Origin: an uncultured virus (IMG/VR IMGVR_UViG_3300003178_000005)
Taxonomy: Duplodnaviria > Heunggongvirae > Uroviricota > Caudoviricetes
Length of the DNA stretch: 64,000 nucleotides
Virus record (IMG/VR): IMGVR_UViG_3300003178_000005
Strand: one strand, 5' to 3'
Shown one piece after another: positions 62,524-64,000 of the stretch. Positions within the stretch are counted from its first letter, which is position 1. Every line of letters begins with the position of its first letter. A program made the position numbers and the translations under genes. The notes beneath the pieces were generated by a model that had not been told where the DNA came from, did not search any database, and saw nothing but the letters and a program-made list of their open reading frames with translations.

Positions 62524-62827
62524 CAGCTTCCCCTGCACATAGCGCTTCTTTCAGATATGAAACAAGGGACATGAAGTTAACAAAATCATATTCTGTACAT
62601 TTCTGCCTAAAGCTTCTTTTGTAGTCTGTATGGAATTTTGTATGGCATGATGAGCATAGGCATACTCCATTTGATACATCAAACCTTTGCTCTGGAAAAT
62701 ACGATGCACTATTTTTATGGTGCGCCTGTCTTCCCTGTATAGAGTTGCATACAACGCATCTTTTCCATTTTCTTATAACAAGTGCTCTCCACACTCTATA
62801 CTCTCTAGTATTTCTCCAGCTGCCCAT
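62516..62827 (-). CDS. HNH endonuclease
   Basis: CVVC...AHH...NGVCLCSSCH..FH. TGcTATAAT at 62849-62857. Confidence 0.8.
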   Translation of the reverse strand: MGSWRNTREYRVWRALVIRKWKRCVVCNSIQGRQAHHKNSASYFPEQRFDVSNGVCLCSSCHTKFHTDYKRSFRQKCTEYDFVNFMSLVSYLKEALCAGEADG

Positions 62828-62953
62828 AATATACTTCTTTTTAATGTAATTATAGCAAACAAAAGGCAAAACTAACAACCATATACACCAGCAGGAGATT
62901 AGCAACTAAAGAAAGATACTGAATTGGTATAATCTATGCTAAAAAATCGGATA

Positions 62954-63097
62954 CTATTGCCCAACAAAAACTTTGCCTAAAAAAATGCTAGCTAAAATTG
63001 ATGCGCCAGCAGCCATCAGAAGTATATACCATAACTGCACCTGAAATGTACAAATCAAGTTTTTTGTTTTTTGTGTTTTTTTATGTATAATTCTCAT
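62954..63097 (-). CDS. Candidate 47-aa membrane peptide
   Basis: MRIIHKKTQKTKNLICTFQVQLWYILLMAAGASILASIFLGKVFVGQ*, AAGGAG upstream. Confidence 0.4.
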   Translation of the reverse strand: MRIIHKKTQKTKNLICTFQVQLWYILLMAAGASILASIFLGKVFVGQ

Positions 63098-63207
63098 GTG
63101 CCTGCTGTCTCCTTCTGCAGCAGGACACAAAAGCGTAAAGACGGCTACCCTCTCTCTTAGTGTCTTACTTTTTACTCCTCTTGTAGTGGTCAGTGTATGC
63201 TGGCCAC
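63098..63207 (+). ncRNA. Candidate small structured RNA
   Basis: TATAAT at 63086-63091 after T-tracts, consecutive hairpins with C/U-rich loops. Confidence 0.45.
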
Positions 63208-63531
63208 ACCTATTCTTACAAATTTATTGTCTATCTTGTTTTTTCCGATAAAGTACTTGTTCACATCGCCAGTCAGCATAATATACTCCGCCAGTTCCCT
63301 TACATATATTGGCAGGTTCACTGCATCGTGTACCCACTTTGCTTCTCCATTATCAATATACACCCTATCTACTATCTTGTCGTTCTCACGAACTATTATG
63401 TAGTAATCTGACAGTTTCGTCCTTTTGTGCATAGGGACCATCGAGCCTATTGTCATTGACCATTTTGATTTCTTCCTGTCTCTAAGAATCGAAAATCCGT
63501 ATTTTCCAGACTCTATATTTACTATACTCAT
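63190..63531 (-). CDS. Hypothetical protein
   Basis: 113-aa ORF. Confidence 0.65.
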   Translation of the reverse strand: MSIVNIESGKYGFSILRDRKKSKWSMTIGSMVPMHKRTKLSDYYIIVRENDKIVDRVYIDNGEAKWVHDAVNLPIYVRELAEYIMLTGDVNKYFIGKNKIDNKFVRIGVASIH

Positions 63532-63533
63532 GT

Positions 63534-63839
63534 CTATCTAACACCAAGCTCTTTTTTTAGCTCTCTTTTTTGTTGATATAGCATGCGCAACTTCTCCATA
63601 TCTCTTTTGTCTTTTGGCTTGTTTTTTTCATCAGCTATATCTCTATCGACTAACGACAACTGTTGATACGTAATCATTCTTTGTAGTTGGTCAACTTTCT
63701 CTTTTCTGGCGAGGTCTTCTGCTTGTGCCACTGTCAGAAAATGCCCATCCATCCAAGTTATTGTCGCTACAACTGAAACTACTACAGCGACAAGTCCTTT
63801 TAGCAAGTCAGCTGCCCCCAAGTCTTTAAGCGTCGCCAT
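63534..63839 (-). CDS. Single-TM coiled-coil protein
   Basis: GGAGG RBS, LVAVVVSVVATITW. Confidence 0.7.
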   Translation of the reverse strand: MATLKDLGAADLLKGLVAVVVSVVATITWMDGHFLTVAQAEDLARKEKVDQLQRMITYQQLSLVDRDIADEKNKPKDKRDMEKLRMLYQQKRELKKELGVR

Positions 63840-64000
63840 TCTGTTGCCTCCTTAACTGTATTGATGCGGGTGACTCTCCTGCATCAAACACATAAAAATC
63901 TCTCTCGAATATAGATGCCGGATACGCAGTCTTGTTCCCATTTACATCAACAGTCAAAACAGCATCTATAGTATTGCCGTCTATGCAAATATTTATATTG
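63826..64000 (-). CDS. C-terminus of hypothetical protein (runs off window)
   Basis: Open frame ...DAGESPASIQLRRQQNGDA*. Confidence 0.55.
   Translation of the reverse strand, partial: NINICIDGNTIDAVLTVDVNGNKTAYPASIFERDFYVFDAGESPASIQLRRQQNGDA

Noticed and set aside
439..63411. Numerous plus-strand ORFs in the six-frame track
   Set aside because: They are antisense shadows of minus-strand genes, Ser/Ile/Phe-rich and without RBS. Only the endonuclease at 25611-27111 is credible.
63862..63888. Hairpin TTGATGCGGG...CCTGCATCAA
   Set aside because: It lies inside a coding frame with no U-tract or other support.
1..64000. Stop-codon reassignment as the cause of split genes
   Set aside because: The breaks change frame rather than read through one stop codon, and TAA, TAG and TGA all end normal coupled genes.
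1..64000. CRISPR array, tRNA, rRNA, DGR or invertible shufflon
   Set aside because: I saw no regularly spaced repeats, cloverleafs, reverse transcriptase, invertase or TR/VR pair by eye.

Overview
The window is a 64-kb piece of the virion (late-gene) region of a large, AT-rich contractile-tailed phage. Almost all genes lie on the minus strand. In transcription order (right to left) it carries a ~32-kb block of large LamG, discoidin, fibrinogen and FN3 virion or fibre proteins, interrupted by lysis genes, two HNH genes, a ferritin-like gene and a PAS-domain gene. Next come a K-x-A-motif head protein, terminase large subunit, an oppositely oriented Hef-like homing endonuclease, capsid decoration protein, major capsid protein, neck genes and tail sheath. 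These are followed by a spike-like protein, a tail chaperone with a -1 slippery site, tape measure, baseplate genes and a sigma-70-family factor. At the left edge is the start of an RNA polymerase beta'-like subunit. Promoter style, spanins and apparent GATC avoidance suggest a Gram-negative host, possibly Campylobacterota (inference). The most striking pattern is about 13 breaks where conserved protein segments are missing, including in terminase, capsid and the head gene block, with no nonsense-codon decay. This is either an assembly artefact or a real mutational process. Other leads are a candidate type I toxin/antisense RNA locus (62954-63210), a K-x-A maturation motif, and a paralogous virion domain family. 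All calls come from reading the sequence; no database searches were run.
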